Shown here in pieces: positions 51,208-63,434 of a stretch of 64,000 nucleotides of DNA. A program made the translations under genes and the position numbers. Numbering within the stretch: the first letter of the stretch is position 1; the number at the start of each line of letters is the position of its first letter. Source of the stretch: Moniliella sp. 'wahieum' (taxonomy: Eukaryota); the NCBI GenBank assembly GCA_003971905.1, contig RSEE01000095.1, positions 62,001 through 126,000 of the forward strand. Direction: 5' to 3'. The notes below the pieces were generated by a model that had not been told where the DNA came from, searched no databases, and saw only the letters and a list, made by a program, of their open reading frames with translations.

Positions 51208-51760
51208 TTACTTGGGGGCACCACCGGGGTCAAGGAACCAGGGGATCGCCAGGATATCAGGACCCTCCGGCTCGCGCCATCCGGTCCCGTACCCTAGGTA
51301 GCGCGTGTGAACACGGATGAACGTGGTTGACATCCGAGCGAGGAACCATGTCCACTGAGACTTAGTAGCCAACTCCTTCCAATGCGCAAACAACTTGCCC
51401 GCCGTCTTGGTGCCGTAGTATCCTCGCGTCGTCAAAACCAGGGGGAAAAACGTCTCTTGAGTGCGTCCCTGGTACTTGGCGTTCTTGTCGCATTCTGCTT
51501 GTTCAAGCATCCGAAGCAGCTCCTTCTCCCGGCGTTCCAAGGGGGTTGCGGTGCTCGCGTGCACCACCCTCCGGAACGCGCTCTGCGCCTCCAGCGATCC
51601 CGTGTCGCGCAGCGTGTGGTCGACTTCCATTCCTGATCCTCCCAGTGCTCCGGGCCCCATCACGCGGTAGTCGGTGCGCTGTCTCCTCTGTCTCCCGCCA
51701 TCCTCGTCCTCCACCATGGGTTCGTTGTGGACGTGGGTGTCGGGGATGGAGCGTAGGACT
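51208..51760 (-). mobile_element. 5'-truncated CRE/Cnl1-like non-LTR retrotransposon fragment (restriction-like endonuclease C-terminus)
   Basis: LRSIPDTHVHNEP..RTDYRV.G..EVDHT..AECDKNAKY..FFPLVLTTRG matches the EP..RxD..D..E..K..KY..FxPxV..G layout of RLE-type element C-termini. No RT is visible upstream. Confidence 0.6.
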
Positions 51761-53053
51761 GGAGAATGGGCTCTATTCGTGAGAGAGAGCAGGATGACTT
51801 TGATGACTGCGAAGCCTAGTATGTATGTCGGAGAAATATAGGGAACCATATAGCTTTGTCACACACAGGGATCATTAACATTGCCGAGACTGTGCCGTGG
51901 TCTGCGTCTCTGGGTGTGCCGAAGAGAGTGGATAAGAACGATAAACTCACAGTCAATCGACAATGGCAGCTCGGCTCCACATCTTTTTCGTTGTCTGCCG
52001 TGCTCTATCATCGTCGGTAACCGGTAACGCATCCAAACCCAACAAGTATACTGAAGAGACAAGTGGTTTAGCGCTTACGCGGCCCCTCATGTATCCGTAT
52101 CGAGTATGTTCGCACAGCTTATACCAACCCATCGGAGCAATAGCGCGTAAAGGGGCCAGCCCAGGCCGGTGGTGGGTGGCGGTCTGTGTGTGTGATTGTG
52201 GGAGCGCACATACGTATTGCTGCTCTTCTCTGGCGACAAGGGGAGGGATGTGCATGTGATGCACCGGTGCATGCGGCAGCCCTTCGGTGGCGGCTGCTTG
52301 ATCGGGCTCGGAGCCCGGAGTTCCAAGGGGGGCGGTGGGGGAAGGGTCAGTTGAAGCTGGAAGCTTGCCGTTTGACGAGGTAAGTTTGACGCTTACACAC
52401 GGATCAGGGAGGAGGCCGGGGAGGCGAGCGGCTGAGGCGTCTTTTGCTTTGCACGTGACTGTGTGATCAGCCCTGCATGCGGCTGCTGAGTTCGGCCTGG
52501 CTGGCTGGGGCCGGAAGTCCGACGGCTGAGCTGAGAGTGCTGAGGCGCTGAGGCGCTGAGGCAGCTGAGTGGCTAGGCGCAACGCAGTGCTGACGTGTGG
52601 GTTATGACGATGTGCATGTGACGTGTGACTGCGACCGGTGATCGATGAGCGGTGCCTGGGACATGTGACATGTGACAACGTACGCGCGGCGGGGCACACA
52701 CTGCTGGGGTGCAGGGGTGGTTTAAGACGCGATCTGCGCAGCCAGCTGGGCCAGCTAGACTCTCTTGCCGAGTGCAGCACGGCGCCAGTGTGGGCGGCGG
52801 GCCTCCGTGCCATTTGCCTGCGCCTGCTCCCGTCTGCCGTGCCCGGTGGCGCATCGCTGGTCCCCGCCCGCCCACCCGGGCACTCGAGCATTCTACCCAG
52901 CATATTCAGCACTCAGCAGCGCAGCTCAGCACCCCGCCCGCGCTTCTCTCTTCTTGGTCCGCCCCTCTTTCTCTTTCTCCTTATTCCCTCCCCCTTCCCC
53001 TTCTCCTCCCCACCACCTGCACGCCCACACGTCCCGTTGTTGCCTCCCCCATC

Positions 53054-54470
53054 ATGCACCTCACCGGAACCTCATTGGTCGCTGCCTTGGCCGCCGCCAG
53101 CAGCGTCTCTGCCCGCGCCATCCTGTACCGCCCCGAGGTCCGCGCCGCCCCCACCCCTGCGCTCGACAAGCGGGCCGCTGCCGTGACGGCGTCGGCGTCG
53201 CCGGTCACCACCGTGCCATTCACCCCGCCCGTGTCGACCAAGCCTGCTGGCGTCTGGTCCGTCGCGGACCCGACCCCGTTCTCGTACGGCACGCCCAGCA
53301 GCACCTATTTCGGCGTCAAGGCCCGTGGCAAGAACGGGCCCACCAACCCGGACCAACCGGCGCTCAACACCCCGGTCAACCAGACCTCCGACTCGCGCCT
53401 GGCCAGCATCAACTCCATTGACGACTGGTGCACCTTCGGTCCGTCCCCGCTCAACAACACACGACACCCTCGGCGACCTGGAGCAGACTACCGTGGCCTA
53501 CTGCACCAAGCCTCGTAACAATGCCCGTGTGATTGTATGTTGATCCCTCCCTTTGCCCCCCCTGTCGTCTGTAATGTTTCCCAAACACTGACTCTCTGTT
53601 TTTGTTTTCGTTTCGTTGTGTTTCTAGCCCGATGGCACGGTGACGGCAGTCCAGTTTATCAAGACGCCGCTGTACGTGCAGCTGTACGCCACCGGCAACT
53701 TTGCCAACATCAATGTCGCTCCCGGCGACTCGGGCGGAGAACTGGACCCCCACGGAGCCACCAACATGGGCAACCCCGTCGGTGGCAACGTCACCTCCAA
53801 CGTGAACGACGGCAAGACGGATGTGTTTTACGAAGAGTGGATGAACTACATTTCCTCCTCTGAGATCTGCTTCCGCGTGTGCATTGCCGGTGCGGACGAG
53901 GCCACGCCATCGACCGAGTGCCAGCACACGCTGGACGAGATGGGCTGTGCGTTTGTTATGGCTCAGATGCCGCCGGCGAACGGGACGTTCGAGTCGTGCG
54001 AGGCCGAGGCGGCGTACCCTCCGGGCCTGTACCCCCAGCCCGACGGATCCACCTCCACGTTCCAACAGTTCTACGCGGGTGTCTACACTCACGATGGTAC
54101 CGTTTACTCGTACCAGAACGCTCAGTCGGACCAGGTCACTCCTTCTGCCGCATACTCCTACCCTACCCCTAGTTCTTGCGCTGCCGTTACCACCATCAGC
54201 AATGGCTTGGTTGGCATGGACTACGTTTGCCCCCCCCGCCTCCACTACTTCCACCACCTCTTCCGTCGCTCCTACTGCCCCCGCGCCAGCCTCTGCCTCG
54301 GCCTCTGCCTCTCCCGCTGCCAGCGGCGGTAGCACCCTGATCCCCGCGTCAGGCTCTACCGCCGACTCGGAGAGCTCGCCCAAAAGTCGTCCGCTGCACG
54401 CACCAATGTCCTGGGCGGCACGGTGGCTGTGCTGGCTGCTTTGGCGGCCGGTGGGATGGCGCTGCTCTAA
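53054..54470 (+). CDS. Secreted, probably GPI-anchored mannoprotein (Cryptococcus MP88 / macrophage-activating glycoprotein-like)
   Basis: Signal peptide MHLTGTSLVAALAAASSVSA; SRLASINSIDDWCTFGP, VAYCTKPRNNARVIPDGT, GGELDPHGA..GNPVGG, EWMNYI, CQHTLDEMGC; Ser/Ala-rich linker and hydrophobic tail VAVLAALAAGGMALL*. Intron 53535-53627. Confidence 0.85.
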
Positions 54471-55074
54471 AGCCAAACCCATCTAGTTTACAGCAACATG
54501 CAACTGTTCCGCTGTTTTATCCCAACCGTTGCGTGCGCTCATCGGCACACCATGCAAATCTAAAGTCTACCTTTGCTGTTCCCTCTTCATACACCACCCT
54601 CCTTGCTCTCTCCTTGTTCTCTCCTTGTTCTCTCCTTGCCCTCCTCTTTCAGTCCCCTTCCGGGCCACATTTTTCTCCCCCCCCTCCCCATAGAGTCCTG
54701 ATCCTGCCTTGTTACCGGTTACCCTGCCCCCCCTAGGGCTTATCTTGTTCTCAAATCAGGTGTCTCTCTGTATGGCGGCATTTGCCCTCTTTTCATCAGC
54801 TTTTCGTTCTCTGTCTACTGGAAGTCGCACGCCCTCCCACTTGTGGTGTACACTGTAGTTTTTGATGTCGATACCCATCTCTGCTTCGATTGTGGATCTT
54901 ACCGTCGGATTCCTCTTGTTTTCTTTGTCGAGGTCAGCGCTCAGCCTGGTTGGTTTGGATGGCATGTGCCCAAACGACTTAATTGTCCTTCTTGGTTTGC
55001 ACACGGACTGATTTGTATCCTTCACTTCGAGGAAGAGAAACTCCAGCTTCCGACTTTGTTATACCTTTTACCCC

Positions 55075-55118
55075 TTCGCTGAATCTGTCTTCGCTGAATC
55101 TGTCTTCGCTGAATCTGT
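55075..55118. repeat. 15-bp tandem repeat TTCGCTGAATCTGTC x3
   Basis: Read directly from the sequence. Confidence 0.9.
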
Positions 55119-55481
55119 GCCGTGCTCTTCATTATAATGCGTCCTCAGTCCCTATACCTGCCCCGTAGTGTCCCACAGACGGGACAATCCCCAGGGCATA
55201 GTGACTAGAGTGACTTGTGACTAGTACTAGTGACTGTTTTTGTAACGCTGCTGACTCAGCCTCAGCCGGCGGATCTTTTGCTGCATGAAATTTGCAACCT
55301 CCCACGGCGGTTGCAACATTTCAGCTGGCTGGCAATTCTTGGTCCGAGGCGAATTGAACATTACAATTTGAAACTTGAAGCTTTGAAGGAAGCAATTGGC
55401 ATCCGATCCGCCGGATTGGCTCCTGCCGTCGTCTGCGTCTGCGTCTGCGTCTGCCTCGCCGCCTCCGCCAGTCAGCTCAGC

Positions 55482-56191
55482 ATGTCGCAGGCCCAGAAGA
55501 CCACGCTCAGCCTCTACCGCGGCTTCATCCAGGCCTCGCGTCAGTGGCCCATTGACAAGATCCGCAAGGACCTGCAGTTTGGCGATGCGCTGCGTGCCGC
55601 TACCCACCGAGCCTTTCTCCGTTCCCCGCCGCCCGAGTCGCGCCTCATGGACCGTACCGACGAGGCCGAGAAGGCGGCGGGTAAGATCCACATTGTTGGT
55701 GTCTACACTCCTCGTACCGAGTCTCAAAATTCAGGCAAGCATCGTTGGACTTCGCTCAAGCTCATTGACGATGAAAAGATCCTCGAGGGCGGCAAGAACT
55801 TGCGCACAATGAGTGAGGAAGAAATCAAGTACGCCAAGCGCTCTCTCCATAGCCTCCAACTCATCCTCAACAACAGGCCCTCCCAAAAAGTACGTTTTGT
55901 TCGTTTTGTTCTACCCATGTCTATTTCCTTTTTTTGGCTCTGTTCGATTTGGTTTGTTTGGCGTTGGTTTGGGTTTCCTTCCCTCGCCTCCCTTGTTCTT
56001 CTTGCACTCACACCACGTACCCTACCCAGTTCCCTACGCCGGAAGAAGTGCTGGAACCACCGAGCATGCCAACCTACTACGCCAGATTGCGTACCCAGGT
56101 GGGCTACGCCGAGCAGGGCAAGGCGCCACCTGCTTTGACCTTCGCCCAACGAGTCAAGATCTTCATGGGTTACCGGCCTCACCAGGTCTAG
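55482..56191 (+). CDS. CBP6: Cbp6/UQCC2-like cytochrome b assembly factor
   Basis: LYRGFIQASRQWPIDKIR..FGDAL..SLHSLQLILNN..(intron 55890-56029)..FPTPEEVLEPPSMPTYYARL. Confidence 0.7.
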
Positions 56192-57063
56192 ATTTGTCCT
56201 GTGCCCCCCTCGAATGGGACATGTGAGTCGGGTCTCCCATCCAGTCCCGTCTCCTATCCAGTCGTCGCCTGAAAGATAGCTATTCCGGTCGAAATGCTCA
56301 TGTTGACGATGCCAGGTGTGTGCCATCGCCGCGCGTAACGCTCTCGATGCGCATAAGGACTCAGTGCGGAGCCGGAGCCAGAGGCTGCAAGGATCGGACC
56401 GGAGGTAGTGGACAGTAGTGGGGCTTCTACTCCTGAGCGAGGTAGCTTTCAGCAACGAGGAGTACAGCCATCAGTGTGCTGCTCTGCTTCCCGGGCAAGT
56501 AGTTTGGGGGGCGGGGGTAAAAGCCCATCTGAGCGCGAAGGTAGGGTGCCCCCCTCGCGCGGATGCTAAGTTAGGCAAGTGGTGGACGCATTAAGCTGCC
56601 CAAATTGCCTCTGATCCCTCCCAGCCCGCTGGTAGCCGCCTATATTCTTTGCGACAGTCGCGTTCGGTTGGAAGAGGGACTGTGGTAGCACTGTGGGATC
56701 TGTACTGCGTCGGTGAACTTGGGTGCGTAGGCGAGGGCGCCTACATGTGAAAACTTTTCGCTCCCGTTTTTCTTCTCTTTTCCTTGTTCCTTCCCTGCCC
56801 CCATCCACTTTGCCCCTGATATCAACAACTACGCGTGTTGTGTGCCAATGGATGCAGGGAAGGCAATGGAGCGCCCCAGGCCCGCCCCTAACATCCACTT
56901 GCACCTTCCCAATCCAATACCTCGACAGAAGCCTTAGCCTGAGGTCGGTCAATTCATGAAAAAGGTGAAGCGAAAGTGAAGGTCATGCATCATGCATCAT
57001 GCATCATGCATCATGAACGTTCATCAACTTGAACGTTCAACGTTCATGGAATGAACAGTTGAA

Positions 57064-59345
57064 ATGATGGCGGTTCTGTCCGTGCGCGTTCTTACCAGCC
57101 AAGCAGCTGTTTGGCCAAGACGACTCTGACTCGGCGGCATGCGACCACCAGGGGCACTCACTTCGATTCCATTTCGCCACTACTCTTCCCGTTCGTCTTG
57201 CCTGTCCTCCACTCTGCCCGCGCCTCCGCTGCCGCCTTGCTTCCATCTCCACCTCCGCCTCCGCTCTGTGCGCACCCCACCCGCACCCCTGATTCTCACG
57301 TCGAGGACCCGGCCACTCCCGTTTCTTTCTCGGTCCCCACTCGCCTCTGCCTTCGCCTCGACATCGACTTTGACCTCGGCTTCTGCGCCTCGAGCCCCTC
57401 TTTCCCCTTCGTCTACCCCCGCTACACCTCGTCACATGATACCGAAAACGCCTACCGACATCGATCTCGGCCTCGAACCCATTGAGGCGCAGATCTGCCA
57501 GCTGCTCGACGACACGTGCCAATGGATCCAAGCTACTCACCCGATCCTCTCCCCGGACCTGGAGCCAGAGCCCGACGCGGATGGCAACCGTCCTCCCACT
57601 GCGGAAACGCGCTGCAAGCGAACGAGTGGAAGTGCGAGGCGCGCATTGCTGGTGGATGGGTGCGCGACAAACTGGCCGGGTTTGCTTCGGACGATATGGA
57701 TGTATCGCTTTCGAGTTTGACGGGTTTCATTTTGCCCACTATCTCAGGCTCTACCTTGAATCGGACGCGTTTCATCAGTCTCCGCTCTGTGCCCAGATTG
57801 CCGCTCTTCCCAACAACACAGCAAGGGCGCTATGGGTACCATTAGCAAGATCGAAGCCAACCCGGAGCAGAGCAAAAACCTTGAGACTGCCACTGTAACC
57901 GTGCTGGGCCGGTCGCTCGATTTTGTCAATCTGCGCAAGGAGACGTACCTCAAGAACAGTCGGATCCCAATTCAAGAATTTGGCACGCCCGTCCAGGACG
58001 CTGAACGGCGGGATTGCACCATCAATGCGCTCTTCTACAATGTGCACACACCGTGTGGAGGACATGACGGGCAAAGGGTTATCCGACCTGGCGCACGGCT
58101 GTATCCGTACCCCTCTCGAACCTTTCCAAACCTTTGAAGATGACCCGCTGCGCATCCTGCGCTGTGTCCGCTTTGCTAGCCGGTTCGCATTCACCTTCCA
58201 CCAGGACATTACCGCCGTCCTGCTCGGCCCGCGCGGTAAGGTCTTGCGACAAGAGTTGGCCTCCAAGATCAGTCGCGAGCGGATCGGGATTGAGACAGAT
58301 AAGATGCTACGTGGGCCGCACCCTGCTCTTGCGTTGGATCGGTTGCATGCACTTCAGCTCTTCCCCATCGTCTTTCGTCCTCCTCCAGAGCATGATGGCT
58401 CGTCTTCCCCTCTGTATGTGGCTAACTCTACCGCCACCGCCACCGCCACCACCGAACCCGTTGTGCCGTTGCGCTCGGACGAAGAGGCTGTGGCGTTGGC
58501 AGCCCGATTGGACCAGATTTGGCGGGATGCAGAGAAAGCCCATGAGGCGGGGACCCCGCCTTCGGCTCGGAGCGCACCTCTGTTTGATCCCGAGCAACGG
58601 CGTCGGTTGTTTTATGCCGCGCATTGTGGCCACTGGCGGGACTAGTGACGTGGACCCATGCTGCGGAGACCAAGGGGAAAGCGGGCTCAAAGGCTCCGAA
58701 CGCAGTTTGGTTTCGGCGACCGAGGTGGTGTTGTGGAAGGGCTTAAGCTTGGTGCGAAATCGAGCAAGGAACCGGTCGAGGCGCTGTTGAAGGCGTTGCT
58801 GCGCTCGCTGAGTTCAAGACGTGGGAAACGGATGCGAGGCAACGGGGCGACAAGTTGGAAACGATTCAGACGCAGCTGTACTTTGTACTGCGCAAACCCT
58901 GCTTTGTCAACGAGGCCTACCACCTCTCCCCCGCCTCAGCCTTCATCTTTGCTGCGCTGGCGCATACTCATTCGGGTTCGGGGGGGTTGGACGCCCACCT
59001 CGCCTCCCCCACCGACTTGGACCGCTGGTGGAGCTGGATCGAGGAGCTGGAGATGGTACGGCGTGCGACGGACCGTCCACTATTGAATGGACTACAGATC
59101 CAAGACCTGGTCGGCTTCGCACCGGGCCCGCTATTCCCGCCATCCAACACCACGTCCTGGAATGGCAACTGTGGAACGTCGCGCCCGACGCTACGGCCGG
59201 TCCTGCTGCCTCGGCAGTCGCAGCGGCCCAAGCGTGGTTCCGCCCGGCCTGGGACGCAGGCGCCATCTTGCCCCCCGACGAGGTGGCACGGGCCCAGGCG
59301 GCGGCAGCGGCCAAGGGCGCCAAGAAGGCCAAGAAGAACGCTTGA
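57064..59345 (+). CDS. CCA1: CCA tRNA nucleotidyltransferase
   Basis: ARIAGGWVRDKL..DDMDV, IEANPEQSKNLETAT, DFVNLRKETY, FGTPVQDAERRDCTINALFYN, TFEDDPLRILRCVRFASRF, KISRERIG. Frameshifted; start codon uncertain. Confidence 0.93.
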
Positions 59346-60798
59346 AGCTTGGAGCTTACTGCTGTTCGGAGGTAGGAGCGTAGTGGCGCAGGATGCGCAT
59401 GTCTATTCGCTTGTACATATCGAACTTCAATATTCAATGCTGGATGATTGACGTTAGTGACGGGGGTAGGACAGGTCAGGCCTGCGCACAACGGGTGCAG
59501 CACCCAGCTGGACAGCGCGAGAAGCGGAGCGGAGCCACCAAGTCTGCTGTTGCGACTACGTTGCTACGAATTAGCGCCACATCCAAGTGGGTGGCGCGGG
59601 CGGGTGGCGTAGATGATGTGTGATTGATGATTGATGATCGATGATGCGTGATGGAGAATGTGTGATGGCCACGTGATACACGTGATGCCCAGTCTGAGTA
59701 CTGAGATATACTGAGACTCAGTTACCAGTACCCACAGCACTCGGTGTACTCGCTGCTTTAATGCAACTCACTCTTCCATATGGCCGCCATGCACTGCCCA
59801 GGCGACGATATCCAAGATCCAAGAAGCAACGTGCGCATGTAATACCAGGACGAAGCCGCCCGCAGGGGTGGCAGCGTGGCGCGTCAGGCACGTTGGAGAT
59901 GTGAGGAATGTCGGGAACGCAGGCGAGGAAAGGCAGGACGCGCCGAACAAGGCGATGATCGATGATCGACAACATGACCCTCGTCCAGTTTCCAAGGATC
60001 AAGTCGATTAAGGCCTAAGGCCCTAAGACCTAAGGCCTAAGGACGCCCCGAATGTGGCGTCGCGGGCACTGGCACTACGAGAGGCAGTTGGTGGCGCTTG
60101 TTCGGCTCGGTTCGGCTCGTCCGGCTGGCACCGTGCATGGCGGCCGAGGCAGTGGCGGAGCAGCACATGGGCGGGGCTTGCTAAGATCTGAGATCTGAGA
60201 TCCGAGAGCGCCACACAGGGCCCCAGAGGACAGCAGCGCAGCGCAGTGCAGGTGGGGGCAGCGGCAACTGGTAACCGGCAACATGTGCCACATGCATGGA
60301 CAACAAGGTGGGGTCTCCTCCTGCGCCTGTTACTGCGACAGCTGGGCGGTGAACTTCACCAGCACCCGTATTGGATACATCGCCATGGGCCGGAGAACAG
60401 TCGCCGAGGTGGCCCCTGGTGGCCCAGGGTGGCTCCGGTCTTGGTTCGGCCTATCTGTAAACACATCTGTCCTGTCTCGTCATCGCGTCATCGATCGCCA
60501 CCGCGTCCTCAGCAGAATCATCGATCATCCATCCCCCTTGGCGCCAGACCGTCTCCAGCACGTAGCATGTCCCTCTCGCGCGTTACCGCCACCACCGTCA
60601 TCCCCAATTGCAACTTCCCCTCTCTTGCGGAACCCGTCCCGCCGCTATCGCAGCCCCATCCTGGTCCAGTGCGCGCCCCGCTTCGCTCTTGCTTCTGCTG
60701 CCGCACCCCCCGTCGTTCGCTCCTCTTCCCGCCCCTGTTCCGTCCACCTCCAGTGACTCCTCCATCAGCAGCAGCTGCTGCCCCTCCCATTCTGCGCC

Positions 60799-61155
60799 AT
60801 GTCGATGCCCCGCAAGCCCAATGTGAATGAGATGAAGCTCCGCCGCCTGACAGAGAACAATGCGCGGCTACAAGAAGACCTGGGTCGGCCGCGCATTCCG
60901 GTCTCGGAAGCTAGCCAATCGTACGTGGATCTGCTGCTCTGGATGTTCTCTTCGAGTTCTCATCGATCTTCGATCTCCGATCTAACCCCCTTTGGCTTCT
61001 TCCTCTGCACCCATGAACGTTGAACGCAGCTTAGTGGCCTATTGCCAAGCCACGCGTGACCCCCTCGTCCCTTCGGTTTGGGGCGTAGTGGACAAGAAGG
61101 ACGATCCTATGCCCCGAAACAAGTTGCTACCGGATGCGAGTGCACCATCATGTGA
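60799..61155 (+). CDS. Heterotrimeric G-protein gamma subunit (Gpg1/Ste18-type)
   Basis: [51 protein letters not shown](Y)[14 protein letters not shown] with a CAAX box after one frameshift. Intron 60921-61029. Confidence 0.92.
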
Positions 61156-61872
61156 GGTATACGGCGGATCTACCTTGGTTTTGGCTGCCAGGCGCCTAGT
61201 TCGTGGGCAGGGTGGCGTTTGGCATGCGGTACCTCTCCTGCCCAATTTGCCCAATTTGCCCACCTGCTGCCTATCGCCTAAGGTCTACCGGAGGATCAGT
61301 CAAGCTTGCCTGCCGTTGGGCTCTGTCGGTGGCCTGGCATGCGTCACCTACCCCACTACCTACCTTTCCATGCTCGGAAGTTATCTGTTGTCGGCATCTT
61401 CCGTCACTAGTCACTGGTTACCAAGGCTCAACTTCCAGTTCGGGAACCCCTTTTACCTCTCGCATTTCCCTTTTGATACCATCATCTCTTCTCGCTACAT
61501 CAGCCCTGATCCTCTCTCAGGACCATCTGTCTTCAAAATCGGTTGGCCGCGTTCCACTATCTTCTTTCAACGTCAGACCTCACGTTCACTTACCACTTAC
61601 CCACTCCTTCCAGAGGATCGACCTCCTCCACTTCATTGTCTGACCATGGTTGTCATTCCAAGCAATGGGCAAAGAAACTGTTTCTCTTCATCCCATTGTT
61701 TTGTCCTACGGCAGCAGGTAATTGTGGCAACAGCAAGCCGTCATCCAACTCCAAGAAGGCAATTTATAGACATGGGATTCAACTTGATTTGTGTGCGTCA
61801 GAGGGAAAGGAGATACCAAGCCTACGCAAAGGCACCGGTCCTGCTTCACCCCCCCCCCACTTTCAGCTAACT

Positions 61873-62903
61873 CTACTCCCAGTAGGGCTTCATGTAGACC
61901 TTGAGGACCCCGGTTTCGATGCCAGCGGCATCGATCTGGTGGATTTCCGCCTCGGACAGTTGATCACCCGACTGGAACAGCGTCAAGATTTCCGGCAAGC
62001 GTTTTTGCGGCTGGGTCGAGGTGGTAACAATGATCCCGTTGGTCTTTTGACGAGCCCAGAGGTGCAGGACGCCAGCCTCGGTGCCCCGGCTTGGCCTGGG
62101 CAATGGCCGTGACCGCCTTGCGGATCGGACTGTCAGCCGACACGCTCTTGTGCGTCAACGGTGCCAGCGAGGCGTACACGGCAATTGTGATTCCGTGCGC
62201 GCGCGCATAGTCCAACGTTGCACGCGTCTTGTCGTCGCCCCACAACAGGGGGTGGAACTCAATCTCGTTGAGCTCGATCGGGTACTTGGGGTGCGCGTCA
62301 ACCACTTGTTGCAAATCAGGTGCAAGCCAGTTGCTGACCCCAATGGTTCTAGCACAGCACAAAAGTCAAATCGTTAGTCAATCGTTCGCCAATCGTTAGC
62401 CAATCGTCCCCATCCGCTCCGCATCCCAGCGGGCGAAACGAATCCAGCACATTCTCCCCACATTCGCCCAACACTCACTTGGTCACTCCTTCATCGCGCA
62501 GCGCCTCCAGCGCGTTCCAAGCCGCGAGGTTGGTGGGTTCGCCTCCCTTACCGCGCGGCGGGTGGTGGAGGAGGAAGGCATCGAGAGCCGAGACTTGGAG
62601 GTCAGTGCGCTCCTTGCGGCCCGAGGCGAGGATGGCGTCGTGGCCGTCCTTGATGGGGTTGTTGACCTTGGACAAGACATAAATGTCGCTGGGCGGGATG
62701 CCGCTGTTGCGGATCCCTTCGCCGTTGGAAGCCGAGTTGCCATAGACCTCGGCGGCGTCGACACTGCGGAAACCGAGCTGGAGCGCTTCGGCCACAATGG
62801 CGCTCGAGGGCTTGTTGTAGAGCGCGGTGCCGCTGCCAAACGATAGCACCGGGGCGGGCTTGGTAGGGTTGGAGGCGAACGTGATGGACGGGATGGAAGG
62901 CAT
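61873..62903 (-). CDS. Aldo-keto reductase
   Basis: FGSGTAL, GFRSVDAAEVYGN, YVLSKV, LDAFLLHHP, WNALEALRDEG..TIGVSNW, NEIEFHP, YASLAPL. Intron 62349-62478. Confidence 0.92.
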
Positions 62904-63434
62904 GGTCAGTGCGATGGGAGCAAGGGGTGGTGGAGGGGAGACACGAAGGAGGTTGCGGCGTATGGACGGAAACCACCCAGCCGAGCACATGACGCCATGG
63001 CCACCAACCAATCGCACACGCCCAATTGGATCTAACCCTGCCAGCATGATCAGGGCTGCCGCTACTGCGCCAATAAGTCCGAGTTGCTGACTAGCCCACT
63101 AGTCAGGCGAAAGACGCTGGCGCTGACGCGCTGACGAGCGTCTGTAACGTGCTGCAACCTGCGGCAACACCCGAGCTCTCAATCTGATCAATTGGACTGA
63201 ACGTATTTCAAAGTGAAAGAGCTTGGGCCGGTTAAACGTTAACAAGTCTGTTAATGTTGTAACCCCGGTAACCCGGCAACCCCGTGCCCTCGTCTCGTTC
63301 GCTCTCGCACCTCTCGTTGCCGGCCCCCGACTCCTACCAACAGGCTCCTCTCAAGCAATCCTAAACTTCGGGGAGGGGGGGAGGTAACCTAGCGCCTCTG
63401 GGTGCAGCACACCTTACAGACACCAGTCATGTTA

